This document shows positions 25,473 to 33,331 of a DNA stretch of 38,411 nucleotides, one piece after another (the stretch's first letter is position 1; the number at the start of each line of letters is the position of its first letter). The DNA comes from a virus (taxonomy: Duplodnaviria > Caudoviricetes). Both the position numbers and the translations under genes were made by a program. The notes beneath the pieces were generated by a model that was not told the origin of the DNA, ran no database searches, and was given only the letters and a program-made list of their open reading frames with translations. Where the stretch lies: positions 1-38,411 of IMG/VR virus record IMGVR_UViG_3300044476_000029; one strand, written 5' to 3'.

Positions 25473-26381
25473 AGCACAGAAAACACTGCACCCGAAGTCG
25501 TTGAAGCACCTAATACTGCACCTGCTGATACCAGCTCGCAGGTTGAGCAGGAGACACCAGATACTCCTGTAGTTGAGACACCGGAGAAGTTTAAGCCTTG
25601 GGAGATCAAGGAGGAAGAGGAATCCGCTCCTGCTGACAATAAGCGGAAGCCTGCAATCCCTTATGATCGGTTCCGGGAGGTTAATGAGGAGAAGAAAGCG
25701 TACCAAGCACAGCTCGCAGAGTACGAAAAGGAGCTTGCCACGTACCGTAGTCGGCAGGAACAGTTGGCCCAGATCAAGACTCCGGCTGACATCAAGATCG
25801 AGGACTATGACGATGTTGAGAAGTATCTAGCTGACCGTGATGAGGCTATCAAGGCTGCGACTGTGGCTGATATTGAGAGTCGATTCCAGCAGCGCGAGAT
25901 CGCTAGGCTGGAGCAACAGCAGAACGAGGCTATCATTGACCGCTTTGGCAAGAATGTCGAGGAAGCTGTCAAGTACAACCCTGACATTGCACAGGCTGTT
26001 GGCTTCTTGGATCAGCACGCAGATAAGCTCCATCCAGCAGTCGCTCGTGAGCTGTTGGTCGATGAGAATGCGGCTGAGGTTATCCATGACATCGTCACTA
26101 ATCAGGAGTTGCTGACCAAGCTGTTCCGCGGTACTCCAGACGATGCTGTGCGAATGATTAACCGTCTGAGTGCCAAGATTGATGTGGCTGCTCGTAGGCA
26201 GACTGCCTCCAGTGCTGGCGGTAATGATGTGCCTGTCCCTGCTGCACTGACCACGACTGCTAAGGTTGCACCGAAGGGTATCCCTGTCACTGTCAAGGGT
26301 GGCGGCAAGGCAACGACCAAGGACATCGCCAAGATGAACAAGGAAGAGTACCGCGCCTTCAAGCAGAATGGCTATAAGTAA
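25470..26381 (+). CDS. Capsid scaffolding protein
   Basis: Acidic P/T-rich N-terminus, IPYDRFREVNEEKK coiled coil, C-terminal MNKEEYRAF. Lies between portal and coat. Confidence 0.8.
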   Translation: MSTENTAPEVVEAPNTAPADTSSQVEQETPDTPVVETPEKFKPWEIKEEEESAPADNKRKPAIPYDRFREVNEEKKAYQAQLAEYEKELATYRSRQEQLAQIKTPADIKIEDYDDVEKYLADRDEAIKAATVADIESRFQQREIARLEQQQNEAIIDRFGKNVEEAVKYNPDIAQAVGFLDQHADKLHPAVARELLVDENAAEVIHDIVTNQELLTKLFRGTPDDAVRMINRLSAKIDVAARRQTASSAGGNDVPVPAALTTTAKVAPKGIPVTVKGGGKATTKDIAKMNKEEYRAFKQNGYK

Positions 26382-26414
26382 GCAATAGTAGCCATTGGTG
26401 CGTTATTGTGGCGT

Positions 26415-26431
26415 ACTAAATGTTGTGCATA
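26415..26431 (+). promoter_or_regulatory. Putative late promoter of the coat gene (aCTAAAT-7nt-ATA, leadered)
   Basis: CTAAAT 26416-26421; predicted +1 is A26429 in a GC-A context. Confidence 0.7.
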
Positions 26432-26597
26432 AGCTAGTCATCTTGTAAAACTGACTATCCAATTCGTCCTCTCCGTCTGCTCGACTGACTGGATGTACTG
26501 AGAGCCCGAGGTTACTTGGAGATGGGTAATCAAGGTAAACACAATACATCCAGCTTGAGATCACAATGCTCATACAGAGCAGAAAGAGAGATATAGA
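26429..26597 (+). ncRNA. Structured 5' leader of the coat mRNA (candidate cis-regulatory RNA)
   Basis: Stems TAGTCA/TGACTA, CTGGATGTA/TACATCCAG (26489-26497/26545-26553), TCTGCTC/GAGCAGA and CTCTC/GAGAG, the last two covering the RBS region. Confidence 0.55.
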
Positions 26598-27887
26598 ATG
26601 TCCGTTACGATCAACTCCCTTATCATCAGCAAGGAATCGCTGGATATCTGGGAAAACAACCTCGTCCTCGCCAAGTACATCGACTGGTCCTACAGTGACA
26701 AGTTCGAGCAGAGGATCGGTGCGACCTACAGCATCCGTCGTCCTGTGATGGTGACTGTCACCAAGAATAACCTTGCTTGGAATGCTGCTAACTCGGCAGT
26801 GACTGAGACCAAGGTTGCACTGGTGATCGACTCCACTGTGACTGCTCCGATCTCGTTCAATGACGCCGACATGGCTCTGCGTGTTGACCAGTTCTCCGAT
26901 CGCTACATCAAGCCCTCCATCGCTACTCTGGCTGCCACGCTGGACGCAAGCATTGCTGACGCAGTGATTAACTCCGCTACTGGTACTGCTGGGCTTCAGG
27001 GATCGTCTGATCCGGGTACCGTTGGACCGAACTCTGCTGGTTACATGGTTACCTATACAGCAGCTACGGATTCGACCTATGTGACTGCTATCACTCAGGC
27101 CCGTAAGGTGCTGATGGATCAGGCTTGCCCGGATGATGGTCAGATCTTCGGTGTTCTGTCCACCTCGTACAATGCTGGACTGGTTCGTGCGCAGGCTGCG
27201 CTGTTCAACCCCCTCATGGAGGTTGGTGCTAAGTATCGCAAGGGTCTCATCGGAACCTACGATGGTATCATCTTCTCATACTCCCAGTCGCTCGTTGCTC
27301 ACACTAACGGTACTGTCAATACGATTGCTATCACTGCTGGTGAGCTGACTTCCGGCTGGGCTGAGACTTCCTCGGTCACTGTGACTGCCACGGCTGGCAT
27401 CAATAAGGGTGACGTTTACGAGGTCACGGGTGCTTACATCGTCAATCCGCTGACGAAGGTTGTGACAGATACTCCGTTCCAGGTGCAGGTCACTTCGATC
27501 ACCAACGGCACGACTCTCGTGGTCTCGCCTGCGATCATCACGGGTGGGCAGTATCAGAACGTGTCTGCGACTGTGGTTGGTAAGGCGACTACTCTCAAGG
27601 GCGGCACTGGTACCACTGCTGTTGAGTCGCTAGTGTTCCACAAGTCTGCGATCTGTGCAGCTTCGATCGAGATGGTCACGCCGAAGAAGTCCTCTGAGGA
27701 CATGGTCGAGACGATCAAGGATACCGAGGCTGATGGCTTCCAGTTCCGCTTCCTGCGCTCGTATGACACCTTCGGTACTACTGGTACCTTCGGTGCAGGT
27801 GTTCCGGGTATGCTGAGCAGGTTTGATGGTATGTACGGCCTAAAAACTGTACTCCCTGCCTGGATTTGCAGAGTCCGTCCTGTCTAA
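26598..27887 (+). CDS. Major capsid protein, P22 gp5-like
   Basis: ENNLVLAK...IGATYSIRRP...FSDRYIKPSIATLA...LVFHKSAI...RFDGMYG..V.P.W..R. 429 aa, follows the scaffold. Confidence 0.92.
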   Translation: MSVTINSLIISKESLDIWENNLVLAKYIDWSYSDKFEQRIGATYSIRRPVMVTVTKNNLAWNAANSAVTETKVALVIDSTVTAPISFNDADMALRVDQFSDRYIKPSIATLAATLDASIADAVINSATGTAGLQGSSDPGTVGPNSAGYMVTYTAATDSTYVTAITQARKVLMDQACPDDGQIFGVLSTSYNAGLVRAQAALFNPLMEVGAKYRKGLIGTYDGIIFSYSQSLVAHTNGTVNTIAITAGELTSGWAETSSVTVTATAGINKGDVYEVTGAYIVNPLTKVVTDTPFQVQVTSITNGTTLVVSPAIITGGQYQNVSATVVGKATTLKGGTGTTAVESLVFHKSAICAASIEMVTPKKSSEDMVETIKDTEADGFQFRFLRSYDTFGTTGTFGAGVPGMLSRFDGMYGLKTVLPAWICRVRPV

Positions 27888-27914
27888 TCAGCTACTTGCT
27901 GGATTGGTCAACTG

Positions 27915-27947
27915 GCCCTGCATCTTCGGATGTGGGGCTTTTTGTTT
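27915..27947 (+). terminator. Intrinsic terminator after the coat gene
   Basis: GCCCTGCATC-TTCG-GATGTGGGGC with a C(UUCG)G loop, followed by TTTTTGTTT. Confidence 0.88.
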
Positions 27948-27952
27948 GTCTA

Positions 27953-27968
27953 TCTAAATCATGGCATG
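27953..27968 (+). promoter_or_regulatory. Putative late promoter (tCTAAAT-6nt-ATG)
   Basis: CTAAAT 27954-27959, ATG 27966, directly after the terminator. Confidence 0.78.
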
Positions 27969-28697
27969 ATTAGCTCACTGACTGCCTATGACATCATCCA
28001 CAAAGCTCTCCGTGTAACTGGTGTCGTTGGACTAGGTGATGCGGTTGATCCACTCGTTTCGCAGGAAGCACTAATGCTCCTTAATGGACTGCGAGCGGAA
28101 TGGTCGCTTAACGTCAAGAACTACAAGAAGTACGAGCAGACATACACTGCTACCGGAAACAAGCAGTTCATCACGTTGGGCACAGATGGTATCACTCCGG
28201 GTGATATTCCTGTACGTCCGAACGATATCACCAACATTACCATCATCAATGGTGCTCCGAACGCAGCGAACAACAACTGGGCATTGCCGATCTTTCCGTA
28301 TGCGGACTATCGCAATATCACGGTCCAGAATATCTATGCTGTTCCGCAGGCTGCTTACATTGACAACGAGTATCCGTTGCAGAATATCTACCTGTACCCT
28401 GGCATGAGTTCTGGCTGGTCTATTCGTGTGATCGGCTCCTCGTACATGACGGACTACGAGAACATCGGTGATCCGTTCATTGATCCACCGGAGTATTTCA
28501 CTGCCTTGTACCTCGGGCTGGCATTGAAGCTGGCACCCTTGTATGGCAGTCAGCTCAGCGAAGGTGTTGTTCAGCAGGCGCACTCCGCTATCAAGCACAT
28601 CAAGCACCATATGCTGATTACTCGGCTTGGCGTACTGCCGAACAACCTCAATGGCCACTCTGGTGCTATTAACTTCATGTCCGGCATGGTTGTATAA
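27966..28697 (+). CDS. Head-tail adaptor, P22 gp4-like
   Basis: TAYDIIHKALRVTGV...ALMLLNGL...PPEYFTALYLGLALKLAPLYG. Start moved to ATG 27966. Confidence 0.75.
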   Translation: MISSLTAYDIIHKALRVTGVVGLGDAVDPLVSQEALMLLNGLRAEWSLNVKNYKKYEQTYTATGNKQFITLGTDGITPGDIPVRPNDITNITIINGAPNAANNNWALPIFPYADYRNITVQNIYAVPQAAYIDNEYPLQNIYLYPGMSSGWSIRVIGSSYMTDYENIGDPFIDPPEYFTALYLGLALKLAPLYGSQLSEGVVQQAHSAIKHIKHHMLITRLGVLPNNLNGHSGAINFMSGMVV

Positions 28698-30259
28698 TGC
28701 CAAGCAAGACTACAGTCCTTAACCTAGGCAGTAAGCCGTATGCTTCTCCCTATTACTCCATTGGCCGAGAGATCTGCCATAATATGTACTTAGAGTTCGC
28801 GCAGTCTGAGGATGCCAAGGCCAAGTATTACCTGCTCAAGATCCCCGGACTCAAGCGGTATGGTGCTGTCGATGAGACCAATCTAGGTGCTTGCCGTGGT
28901 ATGTTGACCACAGGTAATGGTCGTACCTTCACTGTGTTTGGATCACAGCTATGGGAGATCCTTGAAGGCGGAACTCGTGTGTTCCTTGGTTCTCTGTCCT
29001 CATACTCCGGTCCTGTCAGCATGGCCGAGAATGGATATCAGCTAATTGTTGTTGATGGTACTGCTGGCTGGATCTTGAACATGGTAGATAACAACTGGAC
29101 GCAGATCACAGACGAATACTTCCCCGGCAATGCGCAGGCTACTCAAGCACCTACCCATGTAGCGTACATTGATACCTACTTCATCGTCAATGTGCCTGGA
29201 ACGACTGATTACTACTACTCCGAGAGCTACTATATGTATCACGATGATGTCAATGATACATCTCGTGATTACGATCCAGCAGTGCAGAACGGATATTGGA
29301 ATCCGATCAACAGCGGTAAGAAGATCGGTCGTCCGGACAATATCACAGCACTGGCTAATTGCAATAACTATCTATGGCTATTCGGTGCCAATAGCAACGA
29401 AGTGCATTACGATACGGGCGATTACAATAACCAGCTATTCGCTAGGTATGAAGGTGCTATCCTTAACTTCGGTTGCAATGCACCTTACTCTGTGGCTACT
29501 TATGCCAACAACATCTTCTGGTTGGGTTCGGATGTGTCAGGTACTCTTGGCGTGTTTACCAATGAGGGCATGGCACCAAAGCGCATTAGCACTCGCGGTA
29601 TCGAGCAGATCATCCAAGACTTCACCAAGTTCACCGACTGCATCTCCTATACCTACGCACAGGCAGGCCATGCTTTCTATGTGATGCAGTTTCCTTACGA
29701 GAGCAGGACTTTCGTATACGACCTTGTGACTGATAGCTGGCACGAGCGCACATTCTTGGACAAGAATACAGGTGAGCTGTATGCGTGGCATGGTATGTTT
29801 GCAACCCAGAACTTCAACACGCTGATTATGGGCGATGTGGCACATAGCGGTACGTTTGAGCTGGATACGGGCTACTACCAGAACGATGACATGGACAGCG
29901 AGACAGGAGTCAACTACATCCGTTGTGCTAAGAACACGCCTATCCTGTTCGTAAACGGCAACAACGTGCGCTATGACTGGGTACAGATCATCTGCAACCA
30001 AGGTTACGGCACGGCAGTTAATACGGCAGAAGGAGTTGGTCAGAGCCCTAAAGTGCTATTGGCCATGTCGGATGATACAGGTATCACATACCGTAATGAG
30101 CGTGAGGCTCCTCTAGGTAGGATCGGTGAGTACAGCAATCGTAGCCGTGTCCTTGGCTGTGGCATGGGTAGAAACCGTGTGTTCCGCATTACCATGACTG
30201 ACCCTGTGCCGTTTATCTTGGTCGAGCTGCTCATCAACGCACAAGAAATGACTTGGTAA
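28697..30259 (+). CDS. Tail hub / DNA-stabilisation protein, P22 gp10-like
   Basis: GPVSMAENG.QLIVVDG, GCNAPYSV, RISTRGIE, YAQAGHAFYV, YDLVTDSWHER, SDDTG.TY, GMGRNRVFRITMTDPV. Confidence 0.88.
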   Translation: MPSKTTVLNLGSKPYASPYYSIGREICHNMYLEFAQSEDAKAKYYLLKIPGLKRYGAVDETNLGACRGMLTTGNGRTFTVFGSQLWEILEGGTRVFLGSLSSYSGPVSMAENGYQLIVVDGTAGWILNMVDNNWTQITDEYFPGNAQATQAPTHVAYIDTYFIVNVPGTTDYYYSESYYMYHDDVNDTSRDYDPAVQNGYWNPINSGKKIGRPDNITALANCNNYLWLFGANSNEVHYDTGDYNNQLFARYEGAILNFGCNAPYSVATYANNIFWLGSDVSGTLGVFTNEGMAPKRISTRGIEQIIQDFTKFTDCISYTYAQAGHAFYVMQFPYESRTFVYDLVTDSWHERTFLDKNTGELYAWHGMFATQNFNTLIMGDVAHSGTFELDTGYYQNDDMDSETGVNYIRCAKNTPILFVNGNNVRYDWVQIICNQGYGTAVNTAEGVGQSPKVLLAMSDDTGITYRNEREAPLGRIGEYSNRSRVLGCGMGRNRVFRITMTDPVPFILVELLINAQEMTW

Positions 30260-30675
30260 TGAGCAAGCAACTGTTCCCAATTCCGGTTACCACTCCGATC
30301 ATGCAGAACGCAGGCGGCAACCAGTTCAGCATCACGTGGCAGAAGTACCTCAAGGCTGTTGGCGATGACCTATTGACAGCGAACTTGGTCAAGGATGTCA
30401 CTGAGCTGGTACAAGATCCTAACTTCCCCTCTGATCCAACCAAGAAGATCAGCGTTCCGACTGGGCTAAAGTACACGATCAACGCCAATATCTGTGCCTG
30501 TACGTTCGACAAGACGCTGACAGCGGACAAGGAGATCATCCTTCCGTATGTCAGCTTACTTGCGTTCAAGGTGGACAGCGTGCTGTATCCAGCAGGTACT
30601 AAGCGGATCACGGTGCCTGCGAGTACAGCGTTCGTGCAGTTCTGGTACATCGTTGACTTTAACTCTCCGATCTAA
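30259..30675 (+). CDS. Small tail structural protein
   Basis: ATG 30259 by TAATG coupling (MSKQLFPIP...ITWQKYL). Lies between hub and ejection genes. Confidence 0.55.
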   Translation: MSKQLFPIPVTTPIMQNAGGNQFSITWQKYLKAVGDDLLTANLVKDVTELVQDPNFPSDPTKKISVPTGLKYTINANICACTFDKTLTADKEIILPYVSLLAFKVDSVLYPAGTKRITVPASTAFVQFWYIVDFNSPI

Positions 30676-30687
30676 ATATCGTATATG
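30671..30687 (+). promoter_or_regulatory. Putative late promoter of the ejection operon (tCTAAAT-7nt-ATG)
   Basis: CTAAAT 30672-30677 includes the upstream stop codon. ATG 30685. Confidence 0.72.
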
Positions 30688-30705
30688 AAAAAGGTAGGTA
30701 ACTAA
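30685..30705 (+). CDS. Leaderless 6-codon minigene (MKKVGN)
   Basis: ATG AAA AAG GTA GGT AAC TAA; its stop overlaps the ATG at 30705 (TAATG). Confidence 0.5.
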   Translation: MKKVGN

Positions 30706-31481
30706 TGGCCATTCCCGCAATCCTTGCCGCTGCTGCACTAGCCAAGACAGCAGGCAGTCTGGCTGGAGGTATCGGCCAGTACAATGACACCCAGCGAGGC
30801 ATGAATGCCTACAAGAACCTTGCTAATCAGGGTGTCAATACCATGCAACAGGGCAAGCAGGAGTCCAATGCTGCCTTTGATCCGTACACACAGGCAGGTC
30901 AGACTGGCGTTGCTGGTGCTACAAATGCCGCAGGTAGCTACTTGCAGAACACTATGGCAGGTCAGCCTAACCTAGCAGATACCAAGACAACTGCACAGGG
31001 GACGCAGGCTTACCTTGATCCGTCAGCTAACTACTCGACTGACCAAGCTAACCGTGCTATGCAGGCATCTGCGTTGGCCAAGGGTGGTGTTGGTGGTGGT
31101 CTTGCTCGTGCGCTGTCTAACAACGCTAGTAAGATGGCTATGACCAACTGGAACAATGCCGCTAGCCAACAGCTTGCCGCCAACCAGCAGAACTACGGAC
31201 AAGCCAACCAGAACTGGCAGAACAACTTCCAGGCCCAGAATCAGAACATGGCCAACTACCAGAACCTGGCTAACATGGGCTTGTCGGCTACCGGAACCAA
31301 TCAGGGTCTTCAGCAGCAGTACAACTCGGGCATCAACCAGAACTACCTCAGTCAGGCAGGAGCTATGCAGGGTGGATGGAATACCAAGGGTCAGATCTTC
31401 AACAACACGGCTACTGCCTTTGGTAATAACATTGGTGGTGGTATTTCTAGTGTCGGCGGTGCTGCCGCAGGAGCTAAGTAA
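30705..31481 (+). CDS. DNA ejection protein, P22 gp7-like
   Basis: Hydrophobic G/A N-terminus, FDPYTQAG, N/Q-rich helical body, LANMGLSA. First of three ejection genes. Confidence 0.7.
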   Translation: MAIPAILAAAALAKTAGSLAGGIGQYNDTQRGMNAYKNLANQGVNTMQQGKQESNAAFDPYTQAGQTGVAGATNAAGSYLQNTMAGQPNLADTKTTAQGTQAYLDPSANYSTDQANRAMQASALAKGGVGGGLARALSNNASKMAMTNWNNAASQQLAANQQNYGQANQNWQNNFQAQNQNMANYQNLANMGLSATGTNQGLQQQYNSGINQNYLSQAGAMQGGWNTKGQIFNNTATAFGNNIGGGISSVGGAAAGAK

Positions 31482-33331
31482 TGGCTGACTTCATGCCACA
31501 GAACCCAAATACCGCTGAGGATATGAACAGTATCCTAGGTATGTACAAGACATCCTACGATGCGGCTGATGCTATCCGCCAAAATGAGCGTAAGAAGAAG
31601 TTCGAGAAGAGCTTCGCATCGCTCATCAACAATGCGGGTAACCTGAGTCAAGCTGAGTTCTACAAGCAGGCTCGTGAAGGCGAGTTCTCCCCAGAGCAGA
31701 TCCGTGAGGCTATGAAGTATCGTGAGGATCAGCTCGGTATGCAGAATAAGACTGCACAGGCTGATTTAACCCAGCGTGCTCTTGGTTATGATCCATTGTC
31801 CGGTGGTCGTAATAACGCTCAGATCGGTAATACACCTGAAGGTATTATTCCGGGGCAGGTCAAGACTGCTAGCCCTAGCATGGACGGTGCCGGTGCTCCG
31901 ATTGGACCTACGACTATTGATGCAGACAAGCTACCTAATCCAGCTAACGTAGGACCACGAGCACCAGAAGAGCAGCCTGCTGTGCAGGAGGCACCCGTTG
32001 TTGCTCCAGCCGCACAGAATACATCTGCGAAGCTGGATACTTGGTTTAATTCACTGAAGGGCATGAGCAAGCAGGAAGTCAAGAAGGTGCAGGCTGAGGT
32101 TGGTCTTACAGGTAAGGATCTTGATGGTCGTCCCGGTAAGCTGACAAAGCAAGCACTGGCGGCATATCTCAAGAAGCAGGCACCTATTGATGAGGCTACT
32201 ACTACTGGTGGTACCTTTAATGTGCAGGCTCCGGATGCTGGCTTTGTGTCCAAGGGTGAAGAGGCCAAGATGGCTCCGGACAATGTTGGTCCGGACGTAT
32301 TTGCCCCTGCTCCCGAAGATACCCGTACCTTCGACCAGAAGTTCCAAGACTCCTATAATAAGGACAACTCTCTGGCTGGGCAGGTACAAGCTGGTTCTGC
32401 TAATGCTGGAGCTGCTGGTCTATTTGACTGGCAGCCAAAGGATACAGGAACTAACGAGTTCCGCCAGTATCGCAGTGCCCTTGACTCCATGCTCAAGAGC
32501 AACGGATTTGCTGATGCTGGTAGCTACCTCAAGCAGATCTACGATCAGGAGCTGCGTGCCAATACTCCTCCGATGCCTAATCAGGGATTGCTGGTTACGG
32601 GTGTTGATGGTGTTGCCAAGTATCAAGGTGAGCTGAACAACTACATTGCTGGGCTGGCAAAGGCTAAGGGCGCTGCTGAGGCTAAGGTCATGCAGGCTCG
32701 TGATGGCCTAGCTCAGTTCGCGAACAAGTATGGTGTTGATACTCAGACTAGCGAGAAGTTCGGCGCGGATATGGGTGGTCGTAGGGCTGGTGCTGTATCT
32801 GGTGCTGGTGTCATGCGTACTCGTGCAGTGTCTGATGCTGAGAAGGCCATTGGTGATCGAACTGGTGCTGCCTATCAAGACATCGCGGCGGCTCGTGACC
32901 AGTTCAAGTCAGCTACGGACCCCGAAGCACAGTATTCTGCGGTCATGTCTGCTATCAATGCCAGCTTGAAGGCTGATGGTGCTAGCATGAATGCGGACAA
33001 CGTAGTCGCTTTCTTGGTGTCTTCGGGCATGGTTCCTCCTGTACGAGCACAGGCAATCAAGCAGTTGATGTCCGAGAATCCCGGTGGCGCGATGGACGCA
33101 GTTACTCGCTTGGTCAAGACATCCCTAGCTGAAGGTAACCCTGCGCAGGCGTCCAAGTGGTTCGATCAGCGTATCAATAACGTCCGTGGCCAGCTCAAGC
33201 TGGTTGGCTATGATGTGATTGACGGTGCTACTAATGACGCACCCGCAGAGTCCGGTGCCAAGCGAGCATTGAAGGCAAAGGCAAAGGGTGCTCCTAAATC
33301 CAATGACCGTAGTGGTGGAAGGAAGCTATAA
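31481..33331 (+). CDS. DNA ejection protein (gp20 position) with PG_binding_1-like segment
   Basis: 616 aa, A/Q-rich, TAATG-coupled on both sides. Internal EVKKVQAEVGLTGKDLDGRPGKLTKQAL. Confidence 0.6.
   Translation: MADFMPQNPNTAEDMNSILGMYKTSYDAADAIRQNERKKKFEKSFASLINNAGNLSQAEFYKQAREGEFSPEQIREAMKYREDQLGMQNKTAQADLTQRALGYDPLSGGRNNAQIGNTPEGIIPGQVKTASPSMDGAGAPIGPTTIDADKLPNPANVGPRAPEEQPAVQEAPVVAPAAQNTSAKLDTWFNSLKGMSKQEVKKVQAEVGLTGKDLDGRPGKLTKQALAAYLKKQAPIDEATTTGGTFNVQAPDAGFVSKGEEAKMAPDNVGPDVFAPAPEDTRTFDQKFQDSYNKDNSLAGQVQAGSANAGAAGLFDWQPKDTGTNEFRQYRSALDSMLKSNGFADAGSYLKQIYDQELRANTPPMPNQGLLVTGVDGVAKYQGELNNYIAGLAKAKGAAEAKVMQARDGLAQFANKYGVDTQTSEKFGADMGGRRAGAVSGAGVMRTRAVSDAEKAIGDRTGAAYQDIAAARDQFKSATDPEAQYSAVMSAINASLKADGASMNADNVVAFLVSSGMVPPVRAQAIKQLMSENPGGAMDAVTRLVKTSLAEGNPAQASKWFDQRINNVRGQLKLVGYDVIDGATNDAPAESGAKRALKAKAKGAPKSNDRSGGRKL

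Noticed and set aside
26489-26553. Hammerhead-like look in the coat leader (stem, CTGAGAG, stem, GTAAAC)
   Set aside because: Core deviates from CUGANGA/GAAA, and there is no stem III or NUH site. Kept only as a structured leader.
27930-27965. ORF-track starts at 27930 (likewise 20377, 25461, 18775, 17429, 2405, 30253)
   Set aside because: These extensions run through terminators, promoter motifs or upstream genes. Downstream ATGs fit the promoter spacing, an SD or TAATG coupling.
33294-33299. CTAAAT about 30 nt before the gp16-position gene
   Set aside because: Preceded by C and lacks the R-Y-A context. That gene already has an SD and TAATG coupling. Cannot be fully excluded.
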